Source: Acidimicrobiia bacterium (GTDB lineage Bacteria > Acidobacteriota > Vicinamibacteria > Vicinamibacterales > SCN-69-37). From it: 64,000 bases of DNA. Numbering within the stretch: position 1 is the stretch's first letter; each line of letters opens with the position of its first letter. Shown here piece after piece: positions 36,030 through 46,063 of this stretch. Both the position numbers and the translations under genes were made by a program. The notes under the pieces are model-generated. The model saw nothing but the letters and a program-made list of their open reading frames with translations. It was not told the origin of the DNA and made no database searches. The stretch is taken from NCBI GenBank assembly GCA_045862915.1, contig BTVE01000010.1, positions 7,968-71,967 on the forward strand, read 5' to 3'.

Positions 36030-38485
36030 TCGCCCTCCGACAGGGCCCGACCCACTTCCTTGAGGAACTGGTCGACACGGAAGGGCTTCTGGAGGATGGG
36101 CGCGTTCATTCCGGCGGCCAGCGACGCGAGCGAGTTGTCCGCCGAATACCCCGTGACAAAGATCACCCGGCCGTCCGGGCGCAGTCGCCGGAAGTGTGTG
36201 GCCAGTTCAGTGCCACGCACATCGGGCATGACGACGTCGGTGACCAGCAGTGCCATGTCCTGCGCATGCCTCGAGACCAGCGTCATGCCCTGGGCGCCGT
36301 TGCGGGCCGTGAGGACCTCGCACCCCGCACCGGTGAGCAGCTCCTGCATCAGGTGCCGGACCGCAGAGTCGTCCTCTGCCAGCACGACAAGGCCTGACAG
36401 CGCGTTCACCTCGGTGCGATCGGGCGCGTCGGCCGCTTCAACGGGAAGGTCTGCAAGCGGCAGGAGGATCTCGAACGTCGTGCCTTTGCGCAATTCACTT
36501 TGCACGCGGATCGCACCGCCGGCCTGCACGACGCTGCCGTAGACCGTCGAGAGACCCAGGCCCGTGCCCTTGCCGTGTTCCTTGGTCGTGAAAAACGGCT
36601 CGAAGATGCGGGCGGCCACGTCGGCCGACATGCCGTGCCCCGTGTCCGTCGCCAGAATGCGCACGGCCGGGCCGGGGGCGATGGCGCCCATGAACGACGG
36701 GCTCAGCGCTCCGACGCGCACCTGTTCGGCGATCACGGCGAACGTGCCGCCGTCGGGCATCGCATCACGCGCGTTCACCGCGAGGTTGAGCAGGATCTGT
36801 TCGAACTGCACCGGATCGATGAGCACCGGCAGCGGGTCATCGCCGACATCGGTGCGCAGGCGCACGTCTTCGCTCAAGAGACGACGCAACAGATCGTCGG
36901 CATCGAGCATCCGCTTGCGCAGGTCGACCACGGTGGGACGTGAGTGTTCCATGCGCGCGAAGCCGAGCAGCTTGCGTGTCAGTTCCCGGGCGCGCTCCGC
37001 TGACGCGACGATGCCCTGCAGGTGGCGAAGGATCTCGCCCGCGTTGGTCGTGCGTTCCGCCAGTTCTGCATTGCCGAGAATGGCGGTCAGCAGGTTGTTG
37101 AAGTCGTGGGCGAGTCCGCCGGCGAGCCGGCCGACGGTTTCCAGTCGTTCCGTGGCTTCCAGCCGTGCCTGGAGCTGGCGCTGTTCGGTGACGTCGCGCC
37201 CGACGCCGAGAATGCCGGCGATCGCCGGCTCGTGCAGGAGGTTGCGCCCGTGGGTCTCGAGCCAGCGCCAACTGCCGTCCTTGTGCCGGAACCGCAGCGC
37301 GATGCGTGCGGTGCGATCGGGTTCACCCAGCACGTCACCAAGGGCCTGCATCGCCATTGGCAGGTCGTCGGGGTGCGCATACTCCAGGATCGGCCGTCCG
37401 ATCCGTTCCCCTGGGGCAAACCCGAGAATCCGCTCCACCGCAGCGTTCTCGAACAGCACCGTGCCCTGCGCGTCGAGGATGATCACGATGTCGTGGGCGT
37501 GATCGACGATCGCGCGCGTCCGTTCCTGGGCGACGGCGAGCGTCTGCTCAGCCTGCTTGCGTCCACTGATATCGACGATGGACGCAATCCGCAGTCCGCT
37601 GCCATCCGGCTCGCCGATCCGCGTGCCGGAGATTTCCGCCGGAAAGGTGGAGCCGTCGAGGCGTCTGGCCCGCAGCTCGGCCACGACGTCCTCGCCCCGA
37701 TCGACACGTTGCACGACGGCCAGTGCCTCTTCGGGATCTGCCCAGAAGTCCATGGCCGATCGTCCGATGACCTCACGTTCGGAGGAGGCGCCCCACATCT
37801 CAAGCGCTGCCGCATTCGCGAAGCGTAGATGTCCCGTGAGGTCGGTGATGGCCAGACCGCTGCGTGCAGCCTGCACGGCTCGAAGCAACGCCGTGAGGTC
37901 CTGCTCCAGGCGGCGCTGCTGGCTGGCTGCGGTGCCGTCAACCTCCGCCCGCCACTCCCACAACACCGACAGCGTCGTGAGCACTGCGAGCAGCGCCAGC
38001 TCCACAGCAAACCGCCGGTCTGCCTGAGTCAACGGAGTGCCCGTCCCGACTGTGGCCAGAAACACGATCACGCCTGTCGCGACTGAGACGGCGCCGAACG
38101 CCGCGATGCCTCTCGAGCCCCAGACCAGCGCAGCCGCGACGATGGCCGTGAGAAACACCGAGTTGGCAGGCGAGTGAGTGCCCGAGCCGAACAGGATGAT
38201 CAGGCCGGACATCCACAGGCAGCCCAGCAACACCATCGGCGCGATGCGCTCGAAGCCTCGCCGGGCCAGCACGCCGGCGACCATGGCGCCGGCCGCGGTC
38301 AGTGTGACGGCGGTGAGTCCGGGGACCGTGTTCGCGTTGATGCTGAACGCCGTCGCATACGTTGCGAGTGCGCCGACGGCGACTGACGTCGCCAGCCACA
38401 GAAATGCCCGGCCGGTGGCCAGCGATGATGCGGCTGGTTCACGGTCGGTGCGGCGGGCAATGGGGAAATGGCGGGGCGATTCCAC
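36026..38485 (-). CDS. hybrid sensor histidine kinase/response regulator with PAS domains
   Basis: 819 aa. Multi-TM N-terminus, two PAS-like regions, H-box LAHDFNNLL, HATPase domain, and a C-terminal receiver (VVLAEDD...DVVMPD). ATGA overlap with the downstream gene. Confidence 0.9.
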   Translation of the reverse strand: MESPRHFPIARRTDREPAASSLATGRAFLWLATSVAVGALATYATAFSINANTVPGLTAVTLTAAGAMVAGVLARRGFERIAPMVLLGCLWMSGLIILFGSGTHSPANSVFLTAIVAAALVWGSRGIAAFGAVSVATGVIVFLATVGTGTPLTQADRRFAVELALLAVLTTLSVLWEWRAEVDGTAASQQRRLEQDLTALLRAVQAARSGLAITDLTGHLRFANAAALEMWGASSEREVIGRSAMDFWADPEEALAVVQRVDRGEDVVAELRARRLDGSTFPAEISGTRIGEPDGSGLRIASIVDISGRKQAEQTLAVAQERTRAIVDHAHDIVIILDAQGTVLFENAAVERILGFAPGERIGRPILEYAHPDDLPMAMQALGDVLGEPDRTARIALRFRHKDGSWRWLETHGRNLLHEPAIAGILGVGRDVTEQRQLQARLEATERLETVGRLAGGLAHDFNNLLTAILGNAELAERTTNAGEILRHLQGIVASAERARELTRKLLGFARMEHSRPTVVDLRKRMLDADDLLRRLLSEDVRLRTDVGDDPLPVLIDPVQFEQILLNLAVNARDAMPDGGTFAVIAEQVRVGALSPSFMGAIAPGPAVRILATDTGHGMSADVAARIFEPFFTTKEHGKGTGLGLSTVYGSVVQAGGAIRVQSELRKGTTFEILLPLADLPVEAADAPDRTEVNALSGLVVLAEDDSAVRHLMQELLTGAGCEVLTARNGAQGMTLVSRHAQDMALLVTDVVMPDVRGTELATHFRRLRPDGRVIFVTGYSADNSLASLAAGMNAPILQKPFRVDQFLKEVGRALSEGE

Positions 38486-38519
38486 GACAGACGACGGCCC
38501 CTATGCTACACGCTGACGG

Positions 38520-40475
38520 TTACGGTCGCGTCGCGCGACGGCGCCAGTTGACCATCAGCAGTGGAATGGCGAGCAGGACGCCCGAAGCATCCAGCAGGTG
38601 GAGCTCGAATCCGAGGATCGTGTGTGTGGGCCCCGGTGCGAGCATCAGCGCGGACGCCACAAAACAGAGCAGGCGTTCGATCCGTGGTGTTGGCGCGAAC
38701 AGGAAGCCCGCGATGCCCGCGGCAAACAGCAGGACTCCCATGATCGCGATTCCCACAGCGGCCACCACGATACCAAGCGCCGGTGTGTGCCCATCCGTCG
38801 AGAGCAGCAGCAGCTCAGGCCGGTACACAAAGATGTACGGCAGCGTGAATCCCACGAGCGCAAAACGGAATGCCGCCCAGCCGGTTTTCATGATGTCCGC
38901 GCCTGCGACCGATGCGGCCGCGTAGGCCGCCAGGGCGACGGGCGGCGTCACCATGGCCATCATGCCGAAGTAGAAGATGAACATGTGTGCCGCGAGCGGC
39001 GGCACGCCGAGCTGGTCGAGCACCGGACCCACGAGCGTGGCGAGCAGCAGGTACACCACGGCTGAGGGGAGTCCCATCCCCAGCACCAGCGACGACACCA
39101 TGATCAGGACCAGCGCCAGGAAGAGGCTCTCCTGTGCGATCGGCAGGATCGTCGCCGGCAAACGCGTCCCAATCCCGGTCATCGTGACCATGGCAATCAC
39201 GATGCCGACACAGGCCGCCGCAGCGATCAGCGGTACTGCGTCCCTGGCCGATTCGATGAAGGCCCGCCGGATCTTCGGCCAGTCGAGACGGGTGTGTGCG
39301 TGGAGCGATGCCACCAACCCGGTGATCAACACGGCGACGCTGACCGCTCTGAAAGCGGTGTAGCCGAGCAGCAGACCCACGACCAGCGATCCGAGCGCGA
39401 CGCCGAACACGACGCCTTCAAACGGATGACCGCGCTCGATCGCCGGCGTGTCGACCTGTGGCACTCCAGCCGGCGCCAGGGCCATCTTCCGCGCGGAGAA
39501 ATGCACGATGAAGTACAGCGACAGGTAGTACAGCGCGGCTGGAATGATCGCGGCTCTGACGATGTCGAGGTACGAGACCGGCGGTTGCACCAGCTCGAGC
39601 ATCATGTAGGCGCCGGCGCCCATCACGGGCGGGGCCAGCGCGCCACCCGAGCTGGCTGCGGCCTCGATGCCGCCGGCCACGTGCGCAGGAAACCCCGCGC
39701 TGCGCATCATCGGAATCGTGAACGTGCCGGTCGCGACCGTGTTGGCGACCGCGCTGCCAGAGAGCGACCCCATCATGCCGCTGCTGATGACGGCGACCTT
39801 GGCGGGCCCTCCCGCCGTCCTGCCGAAACGCCGCGCCGCAAAGTCGATGACAAATCGTGTGGCGCCGGTGCCGTTGAGCACAGCGCCAAACACGACAAAC
39901 AAAAAGACGTACGTGAACATCACCGACAGCGCCACGCCAAAGACGCCCTGACTGTGCAGGAACGACTGCGCAACGATGCGATCGAGGGGATAGCCGCGAT
40001 GGGGAAAGAACCAGTCGGGCGCCCAGGCACCCAGATACGCGTAGGCGAGGAAAAACGACGACAGCGCCGGTAGCGCCCAGCCCAACGTGCGTCGCGCCGC
40101 CTCCATCACCAGCAGCAGGCCTGTTGCGCCAACAGCGATATCGAGCGCCGTCTCATACCCCGCGCGGTTCCCGAGGGATCGGCCGTCCATCCATTGTCCG
40201 GAGAACGTGGGCTCGGTCTGCCACACGATGTAGCCGCAACAGGCAATGGTCAGCAGCGCTAGCGTGACATCGATGGCGCGGGTCAGTGTGGATGAACGGC
40301 CCTTAACTGCCGGTACGTTCAGGAAGCAGAGGACAAGCCCGAACGCGGAGAACACCGCCAACTGCGCCTGTGGTCCCAGCCTCGCGAAGTTGACCTCGAC
40401 GAGCGTGAAACCACAGAGCAGCACGCTCAGGATGAGCGTCAGCGTCTGGTTACTGCGGCCAGATTCCGATTTCAC
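38520..40475 (-). CDS. TRAP transporter fused permease (TAXI-associated 4TM/12TM type)
   Basis: 651 aa, polytopic, lies downstream of the TAXI binding-protein gene. Confidence 0.85.
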   Translation of the reverse strand: MKSESGRSNQTLTLILSVLLCGFTLVEVNFARLGPQAQLAVFSAFGLVLCFLNVPAVKGRSSTLTRAIDVTLALLTIACCGYIVWQTEPTFSGQWMDGRSLGNRAGYETALDIAVGATGLLLVMEAARRTLGWALPALSSFFLAYAYLGAWAPDWFFPHRGYPLDRIVAQSFLHSQGVFGVALSVMFTYVFLFVVFGAVLNGTGATRFVIDFAARRFGRTAGGPAKVAVISSGMMGSLSGSAVANTVATGTFTIPMMRSAGFPAHVAGGIEAAASSGGALAPPVMGAGAYMMLELVQPPVSYLDIVRAAIIPAALYYLSLYFIVHFSARKMALAPAGVPQVDTPAIERGHPFEGVVFGVALGSLVVGLLLGYTAFRAVSVAVLITGLVASLHAHTRLDWPKIRRAFIESARDAVPLIAAAACVGIVIAMVTMTGIGTRLPATILPIAQESLFLALVLIMVSSLVLGMGLPSAVVYLLLATLVGPVLDQLGVPPLAAHMFIFYFGMMAMVTPPVALAAYAAASVAGADIMKTGWAAFRFALVGFTLPYIFVYRPELLLLSTDGHTPALGIVVAAVGIAIMGVLLFAAGIAGFLFAPTPRIERLLCFVASALMLAPGPTHTILGFELHLLDASGVLLAIPLLMVNWRRRATRP

Positions 40476-41418
40476 GATAGAACCGGATGGCGCCCGGGTG
40501 GAACGTCGTGCCGGTGTCGCGGATGGCGTTGCGCGGATTGATGGCCCGGCCCGCCGGATGTTTCTGCACCACCTGTTCCCGCTGTTCCCACAACATCTTC
40601 GTCACGGCATACACGGTGTCATCGTCCTGGTTCGACGATGTGATGAGATGCATCGAGCCGACGTCCAGGCCGGCAAATTCCGTTGTCTGGCCGCGATAGG
40701 TGTCGGCTGGAATTGTGGCCGGCGAGAAGAAGAGGAAGTCTGCGGCGAGTTTGGTGCGCACGGTCTCGTCAAACGGGATGAAGTGCAGGTCCATCGTCGC
40801 CGCCGCTTGTGTGATTGAGGCCGTGGGGATGGCGCCGCCGATGAAGATGGCGTCGGCTGAGCCGTCGGTCAACATGTCCACTGACGCGGCCTGTGTGGCA
40901 TTGAGCGGAGAGAAGTCTTCATAGCGGACCCCGTGCGCTTCGAGGATCGGCTTCACGAAGTATTCGAAACCGGCGCCGGCGGGGCCGATGACGACCCGGC
41001 GTCCCTTGAGGTCGGCAATGGTCTTGATGTTGTTGCCGGCCTTGGTGATGAACAGCGCGACGTTGGGCGCCAGCGTCATCACGGCCTGCACCGGGTACTG
41101 GCGGTCCCAGCCTTCGGTGCCGCGGACGGCGAAGTAGGTGATGGCCGAGTTCGACAGAGCGAAGTCGAGTTCGTCCTGGGCCAGGCGACGGATGTTTTCC
41201 TGAGAGCCGCTGGTGCCTTCGGCCGTGACCTGCCAGTTGCGGTCGGCGCCGGCCGCGCCCAGCACCTCCGCGAGCGCCGTGCCGACCACAAAAAAGGCGC
41301 CGCCCGGAGGAGCCGTGCCGATGCTGATGAAGATGCGGTCAGGCGCGCCGCTGCACGCGGCAATGGTGGTCAGCGCTGCCGCGGCCATCACGTGGGTGAA
41401 CCAGCTTCGTACTCGCAT
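40450..41418 (-). CDS. TAXI-family TRAP solute-binding lipoprotein
   Basis: The ATG at 41418 gives MRVRSWFTHVMAAAALTTIAACSG. TAXI-like sequence (GTSGSQENIRRLAQDELDFALSNS). Confidence 0.85.
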   Translation of the reverse strand: MRVRSWFTHVMAAAALTTIAACSGAPDRIFISIGTAPPGGAFFVVGTALAEVLGAAGADRNWQVTAEGTSGSQENIRRLAQDELDFALSNSAITYFAVRGTEGWDRQYPVQAVMTLAPNVALFITKAGNNIKTIADLKGRRVVIGPAGAGFEYFVKPILEAHGVRYEDFSPLNATQAASVDMLTDGSADAIFIGGAIPTASITQAAATMDLHFIPFDETVRTKLAADFLFFSPATIPADTYRGQTTEFAGLDVGSMHLITSSNQDDDTVYAVTKMLWEQREQVVQKHPAGRAINPRNAIRDTGTTFHPGAIRFYREIGIWPQ

Positions 41419-41456
41419 GTCGTGAGCCTCGCCCGTCACACTATCATCACTTGCAC

Positions 41457-41819
41457 ATGAACTGGCGCCGAGTCATGACGTTCGGAGTGCTGCTCGTCGG
41501 CCTGAGCTGGATGGTGTGGCTGCGCGGCTGTCCGGACGACCTGCCGGACATCGAGTGGCGTGACGGCATGGTGGTGGTCCGCAACCAGTCCGACGTCGAG
41601 TGGCGGAATGTGCGGATCTGGGTGAATGACCACTACGCGGTGACGGTGGAACGCATTCCGCCCGCCGGTTTCATTCGTGAGCGTGTCAGCCGGTTTGTGG
41701 CGTCGTATGGGCAGACCATCAACACGTCCACCACGCCCGTCACCTCGATCGTGGTGTTGGCCACCACGCCTGATGGCGCCCGTGTGCGCAAAGTGTGGGG
41801 GACACCGCTGGCGCACTGA
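41457..41819 (+). CDS. hypothetical membrane-anchored protein
   Basis: The ATG at 41457 gives MNWRRVMTFGVLLVGLSWMVWL. No family recognised. Confidence 0.5.
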   Translation: MNWRRVMTFGVLLVGLSWMVWLRGCPDDLPDIEWRDGMVVVRNQSDVEWRNVRIWVNDHYAVTVERIPPAGFIRERVSRFVASYGQTINTSTTPVTSIVVLATTPDGARVRKVWGTPLAH

Positions 41820-41837
41820 CCGGAGGGGCGGGCGGGT

Positions 41838-42311
41838 TCACTGGAGCGCCGCCGCTGCGGCCAGGACTTCGTCAGCGTGGCCATCCACGGAGACCTTGTC
41901 CCAGCGCTTTGCGACTTTGCCATCGCCATCGATCAGGTAGGTGGTGCGGACGATCCCGAAGTACTTGCGGCCGTAGCGCATCTTCTCCTGCCAGACGCCG
42001 TACTTCTCGGCAACCGCGTGATCGGCGTCAGCCAGCAGCGGGAACGTCAGGCCGTGTTTGTTGGCAAACTTGGCCTTGCTCTTCTCATCGAGAATGCTCA
42101 TTCCGAGCACGACGGCGTTGCCGGCCTTGTCGAACTTCGGCAGCCGCGACTGGAAGTCGCAGGACTCCGTCGTGCAGCCCGGCGTGTCGTCTTTCGGGTA
42201 GAAGTACAGCACCACGGGCCGGCCGGCATACTGCGAGAGTTTGTGCGTGGTGCCGTGTTGGTCGTTCAGCGTGAATGCGGGGGCCTTCTTGCCCACGTCG
42301 ATGAGAGGCAT
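41838..42311 (-). CDS. bcp: thioredoxin-dependent thiol peroxidase Bcp
   Basis: 157 aa. YFYPKDDTPGCTTESCDF carries the peroxidatic and resolving Cys. Confidence 0.95.
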   Translation of the reverse strand: MPLIDVGKKAPAFTLNDQHGTTHKLSQYAGRPVVLYFYPKDDTPGCTTESCDFQSRLPKFDKAGNAVVLGMSILDEKSKAKFANKHGLTFPLLADADHAVAEKYGVWQEKMRYGRKYFGIVRTTYLIDGDGKVAKRWDKVSVDGHADEVLAAAAALQ

Positions 42312-42343
42312 GCAGCGATTCTACCTCCGAGGTGGTTCGGGAT

Positions 42344-43672
42344 TTACCGCTCCGAGATCCGGTACAGGTAACGGTACCCCCGAAGGTAGAGCTCGCCGTC
42401 CACCAGTGCGGCCGATGAGTCGAAGCCGTCATCGAGTGTGTTGGTCGCGAGCACCTCGAAGGTGGGGCCGTGTTTGAGCACCACCGTTGTGCCTTCGCGA
42501 CCCGTGATGTACACGCGGCCGTCGGCGCCGACGGGTGAGGAGAACACATTGGGCGTGGCTTCGAGCCGCTGCAGTGCGTAGTGCGGCGTGCCGGTGTGTG
42601 CGTCAAGTACGGTCAGGATGCCGTTGTTGCTCTTGAGCATGTAGAGCAGGCCGTTGTACAGCAACGGCGACGGCACGTATGGCGTGTCCCGGTCGTAGGA
42701 CCACAGCAGTGCCGGCGTGCCGGTGATGTCGCCCTTGGCGTCCGCAAGACGTACACCGCGGGCCATATTGCCGCGGAAGCCGCTCATCAGTACTGCGACG
42801 CCATCCTCGAATACGGGCGACGGGATCGGGTTCATCGTGAGCCCTGGACCCGTCCAGACAATCGCGCCGGTTTCGAGATCGTAGGCGTACGTCTGGTTCA
42901 TCGCGCCGGCAATGACCTGCGCCTTGCCATTCACCGTGGTGATGAGCGGTGTGGCCCACGTGTCGATTTCGTTGCGCGGCTGACGCCACAACTCCTGCCC
43001 ATTCGTCTTGTCGAGCGCGACGATGAACGATTGGCCCTGGTGATCCCACACGAGCACCACGTAACGTCCGTGGAGTGCCGGTGTGCTGCCCTCACCGAAC
43101 TGGCTCCGCATCTGTTTGTCGCCGAGGTCCTTCTCCCAGAGTTTTTTGCCGTTGAGGTCGTAGGCATAGATGCCTCGCGACTCGAACGAGGCGATGACCA
43201 CCTGGCCATCGGTGACCGCCGACGTGGATGCCCACGTGCCGTTCTCCTGGTGACGCTCGTGTGGCGTCTCCTCGCGCGCGACCTGTTCCCACAATGTCTT
43301 GCCCGTGGCGCGATCGATCGCCATCACGATGAACTTGTGCGGGGTCTGCGGCGGGACGGACCCGCGCAGCGGCAGATTGGCACCGGACGCGGGATCCACC
43401 GGCACCGCCGTCAGCAGAAAGATGCGGTCGTTCCAGACGATCGGAGACGAAGAACTGCGTCCGGGAATCGGGACCTTCCAGCGCACGTTTTTCGTTTCGC
43501 TCCATTCGGTTGGTGGTGTCGCGGTGCGCGACACGCCGGTCGCGTGTGGACCCCGCCATTGCGCCCAGAAACGGTCGGCAGCGGGTTGCGCGTCCAGCGC
43601 GGGTGAAAGCAGTGTGGCGGCAGCGGTGGCGGCCACGGTACAGCGCACGAGCCGGGTCGTCAGTGTCGTCAT
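42344..43672 (-). CDS. secreted PQQ-like beta-propeller repeat protein
   Basis: The ATG at 43672 gives MTTLTTRLVRCTVAATAAATLL. Repeated W-containing blades. Confidence 0.8.
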   Translation of the reverse strand: MTTLTTRLVRCTVAATAAATLLSPALDAQPAADRFWAQWRGPHATGVSRTATPPTEWSETKNVRWKVPIPGRSSSSPIVWNDRIFLLTAVPVDPASGANLPLRGSVPPQTPHKFIVMAIDRATGKTLWEQVAREETPHERHQENGTWASTSAVTDGQVVIASFESRGIYAYDLNGKKLWEKDLGDKQMRSQFGEGSTPALHGRYVVLVWDHQGQSFIVALDKTNGQELWRQPRNEIDTWATPLITTVNGKAQVIAGAMNQTYAYDLETGAIVWTGPGLTMNPIPSPVFEDGVAVLMSGFRGNMARGVRLADAKGDITGTPALLWSYDRDTPYVPSPLLYNGLLYMLKSNNGILTVLDAHTGTPHYALQRLEATPNVFSSPVGADGRVYITGREGTTVVLKHGPTFEVLATNTLDDGFDSSAALVDGELYLRGYRYLYRISER

Positions 43673-43693
43673 GATTCGGATACCATCCCCGCC

Positions 43694-45463
43694 ATGACTA
43701 CGCCTCCCCGCTCCCGCCTGTTGCGTTGCGCCGCGCCGATTGCGGTGGCCGGCCTCATGCTCGCTGGATGCGCGCAGGAGCCGCCCCCTGACCATGCCGG
43801 ACGGGTGACCGCGCTGGCCGACCGCTACGTCGCTGACTACCTGTCCGCGTTTCCCTACATGGCCCTGGTGCTTGGAGCGCCCGACAGCCAGCCGGCGGCC
43901 CTGGCAGACCACTCGCTCGCCGCGTTGCAGCGCTGGCAGGCCGCCGAAGACGCGATGCTCGCCGAATTGACGCAGATCGATCCGTCCACGATGGCCGGCA
44001 CACCCGCAGGGCTGACGTACACCTTTCTCAAGAATCAGCTCGAATCGGCCCGGGACATGCGCGTGTGCCGCATGGAACTGTGGAACGTGAGTCCGACCTG
44101 GACCGGCTGGCAGGGGGAGTTCCCGCTTGTGGCCGGCATGCAGGCCGTCGGCACGGCTGACGACCGGCGCGCGGCGGTCACGCGTTGGGCGCAGCTGCCT
44201 GCGTGGCTCGACACGGAAATCACGAACCTGCGCGCAGGCCTGGCACAGGGGTACACGGCGCCGCGATCAAATGTCGAATCCGTCATTCGCCAGATGGACG
44301 CGTTGTTGTCCGCCCGGGTCGACGACTCGCCATTTGTCCAGATGGCGGCCGAGCCGGGACCGTTCCGGGATCAGCTCATTGCATTGGAAACCGGCGGCAT
44401 CCGGCCGGCAATCACGCGGTACCGCGACTTTCTGAAAACCGACTATCTGCCTCGGGCCAGAACCGCGATTGGTGTGTCGACCAATCCCAACGGCGACGCG
44501 TGTTATCGCGCTGCCGTGAAGTACCACGCCACCGTCGACATGACGGCGCAGCAGATCCACGACACGGGTCTGGCAGAGATGCGCAAGCTGCAGGACGAGG
44601 TGTCACAGATTGGCCTCCGGATGTTTGGCACGTCCGATCCGGTGCGCGTGCTGTCGCTGGCGCGCAGTGAGCGTCGCTATCGATTCACCAGCCGCGAAGA
44701 ATTGATCGCGTACGCGGAAGCTGCTGTTGAACGCGCGCGCGTGGCGCTGCCCAACTGGTTCGGCCGCGTGCCGAAGGCGCCGGTGGTGGTCGAGCCGTAC
44801 CCGGCCTTTCTCGAGAAGACTGCGCCGGCAGGACAGGCGATCCCCCCGGGTGCGGACGGCAGCCCCGGCAAGTACATGATCAACGCGTACAACGCCACAG
44901 CGCAAAGCCGCGCCGGTCTGGAATCCACCGCGTTCCACGAGGCCTATCCCGGCCATCACCTGCAGGTGGCCCTCGCCCTTGAACGTGAAGGCCTGCATCC
45001 GATCGGGCGGTACTTCTTCCTGTCAGGTTTTGGTGAAGGCTGGGCGCTGTACACGGAGCGGCTGGCTGACGAGATGGGGCTGTTCTCGGGCGACATCGAT
45101 CGCCTGGGTCTGCTCTCGAACGAAGCGTTGCGTGCCGCGCGACTGGTGGTGGACTCGGGCATGCACATGTTGGGGTGGACTCGTCAACGCGCCATCGACT
45201 ATCTGCTCGCGAACACGACGGAAACACCCGACCGCGCTGCCGCCGAGGTGGACCGCTACATCGCCGTTCCTGGACAAGCGACGTCATACATGCTCGGCAA
45301 TCTGGAGATCCGCCGCCTGCGCACGTCCGCCCAACGCGCACTGGGTGACCGTTTCGACATCAAGGCGTTTCACGACGCCGTACTTGAAGAGGGGTCGCTC
45401 CCGCTCTGGGCGTTGCGCGACAAGATCGAGCGCTGGGTCGCCGCGCAGCAGACAACGAAGTAG
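43694..45463 (+). CDS. DUF885 family lipoprotein
   Basis: Lipobox LMLAGCA. DUF885 motif HEAYPGHHLQ. Confidence 0.85.
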   Translation: MTTPPRSRLLRCAAPIAVAGLMLAGCAQEPPPDHAGRVTALADRYVADYLSAFPYMALVLGAPDSQPAALADHSLAALQRWQAAEDAMLAELTQIDPSTMAGTPAGLTYTFLKNQLESARDMRVCRMELWNVSPTWTGWQGEFPLVAGMQAVGTADDRRAAVTRWAQLPAWLDTEITNLRAGLAQGYTAPRSNVESVIRQMDALLSARVDDSPFVQMAAEPGPFRDQLIALETGGIRPAITRYRDFLKTDYLPRARTAIGVSTNPNGDACYRAAVKYHATVDMTAQQIHDTGLAEMRKLQDEVSQIGLRMFGTSDPVRVLSLARSERRYRFTSREELIAYAEAAVERARVALPNWFGRVPKAPVVVEPYPAFLEKTAPAGQAIPPGADGSPGKYMINAYNATAQSRAGLESTAFHEAYPGHHLQVALALEREGLHPIGRYFFLSGFGEGWALYTERLADEMGLFSGDIDRLGLLSNEALRAARLVVDSGMHMLGWTRQRAIDYLLANTTETPDRAAAEVDRYIAVPGQATSYMLGNLEIRRLRTSAQRALGDRFDIKAFHDAVLEEGSLPLWALRDKIERWVAAQQTTK

Positions 45464-45466
45464 GTC

Positions 45467-46042
45467 ATGACCTGGGCCATCGTTCTTGCCGCCGGCGCGG
45501 GACGCCGATTTGCCGCGGCCGCGCCGGATGCCGGCCCGAAACTGCTGGCCATGGTGCACGAGCGGCCGATGCTGGACCACACGCTGGCCGCGCTGCGCGA
45601 GGGCGGCGTGACCCACTTCGTCGTTGTGGGTGCGCCCGACGCGGATGCCCGGCTCGAGGCGCTGGCGCGCGCCCGCAACGCGACCTGGATCACCAACCCC
45701 TCTCCCGAGCGCGGCATGTTGTCCTCCGTGCAGATCGGGCTCACGCATCAGCCCGCGAGGGACGCGGCGATCTGCCTGCTGCATCCCGGTGACATCCCAT
45801 TTGTCGCGCCGGCCAGCGTCACCGCGATCATCGAGGCGGCCCAGGGCGGAGCCTCGGTCTCACCCCGATATCGTGAGCACGGAGGACATCCCGTGGCGTT
45901 GTCGCGCGCGCTCAGGGCGATGGTCAGCACCGCCAGGCCCGACGCCTCCTTGAAACCTCTCCTGTATGCCGACGTGCCCGTCCGGCTCCCGCTCGACGAT
46001 CCCGGCCTGCTGCGTGATGTCGATGTGCCCGGCGACCTCTGA
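45467..46042 (+). CDS. MobA/MocA-like nucleotidyltransferase (molybdenum cofactor nucleotidylation)
   Basis: AIVLAAGAGRRF P-loop-like motif, 191 aa. Confidence 0.75.
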   Translation: MTWAIVLAAGAGRRFAAAAPDAGPKLLAMVHERPMLDHTLAALREGGVTHFVVVGAPDADARLEALARARNATWITNPSPERGMLSSVQIGLTHQPARDAAICLLHPGDIPFVAPASVTAIIEAAQGGASVSPRYREHGGHPVALSRALRAMVSTARPDASLKPLLYADVPVRLPLDDPGLLRDVDVPGDL

Positions 46043-46063
46043 CTCACGTACGATCGAGGCTGC

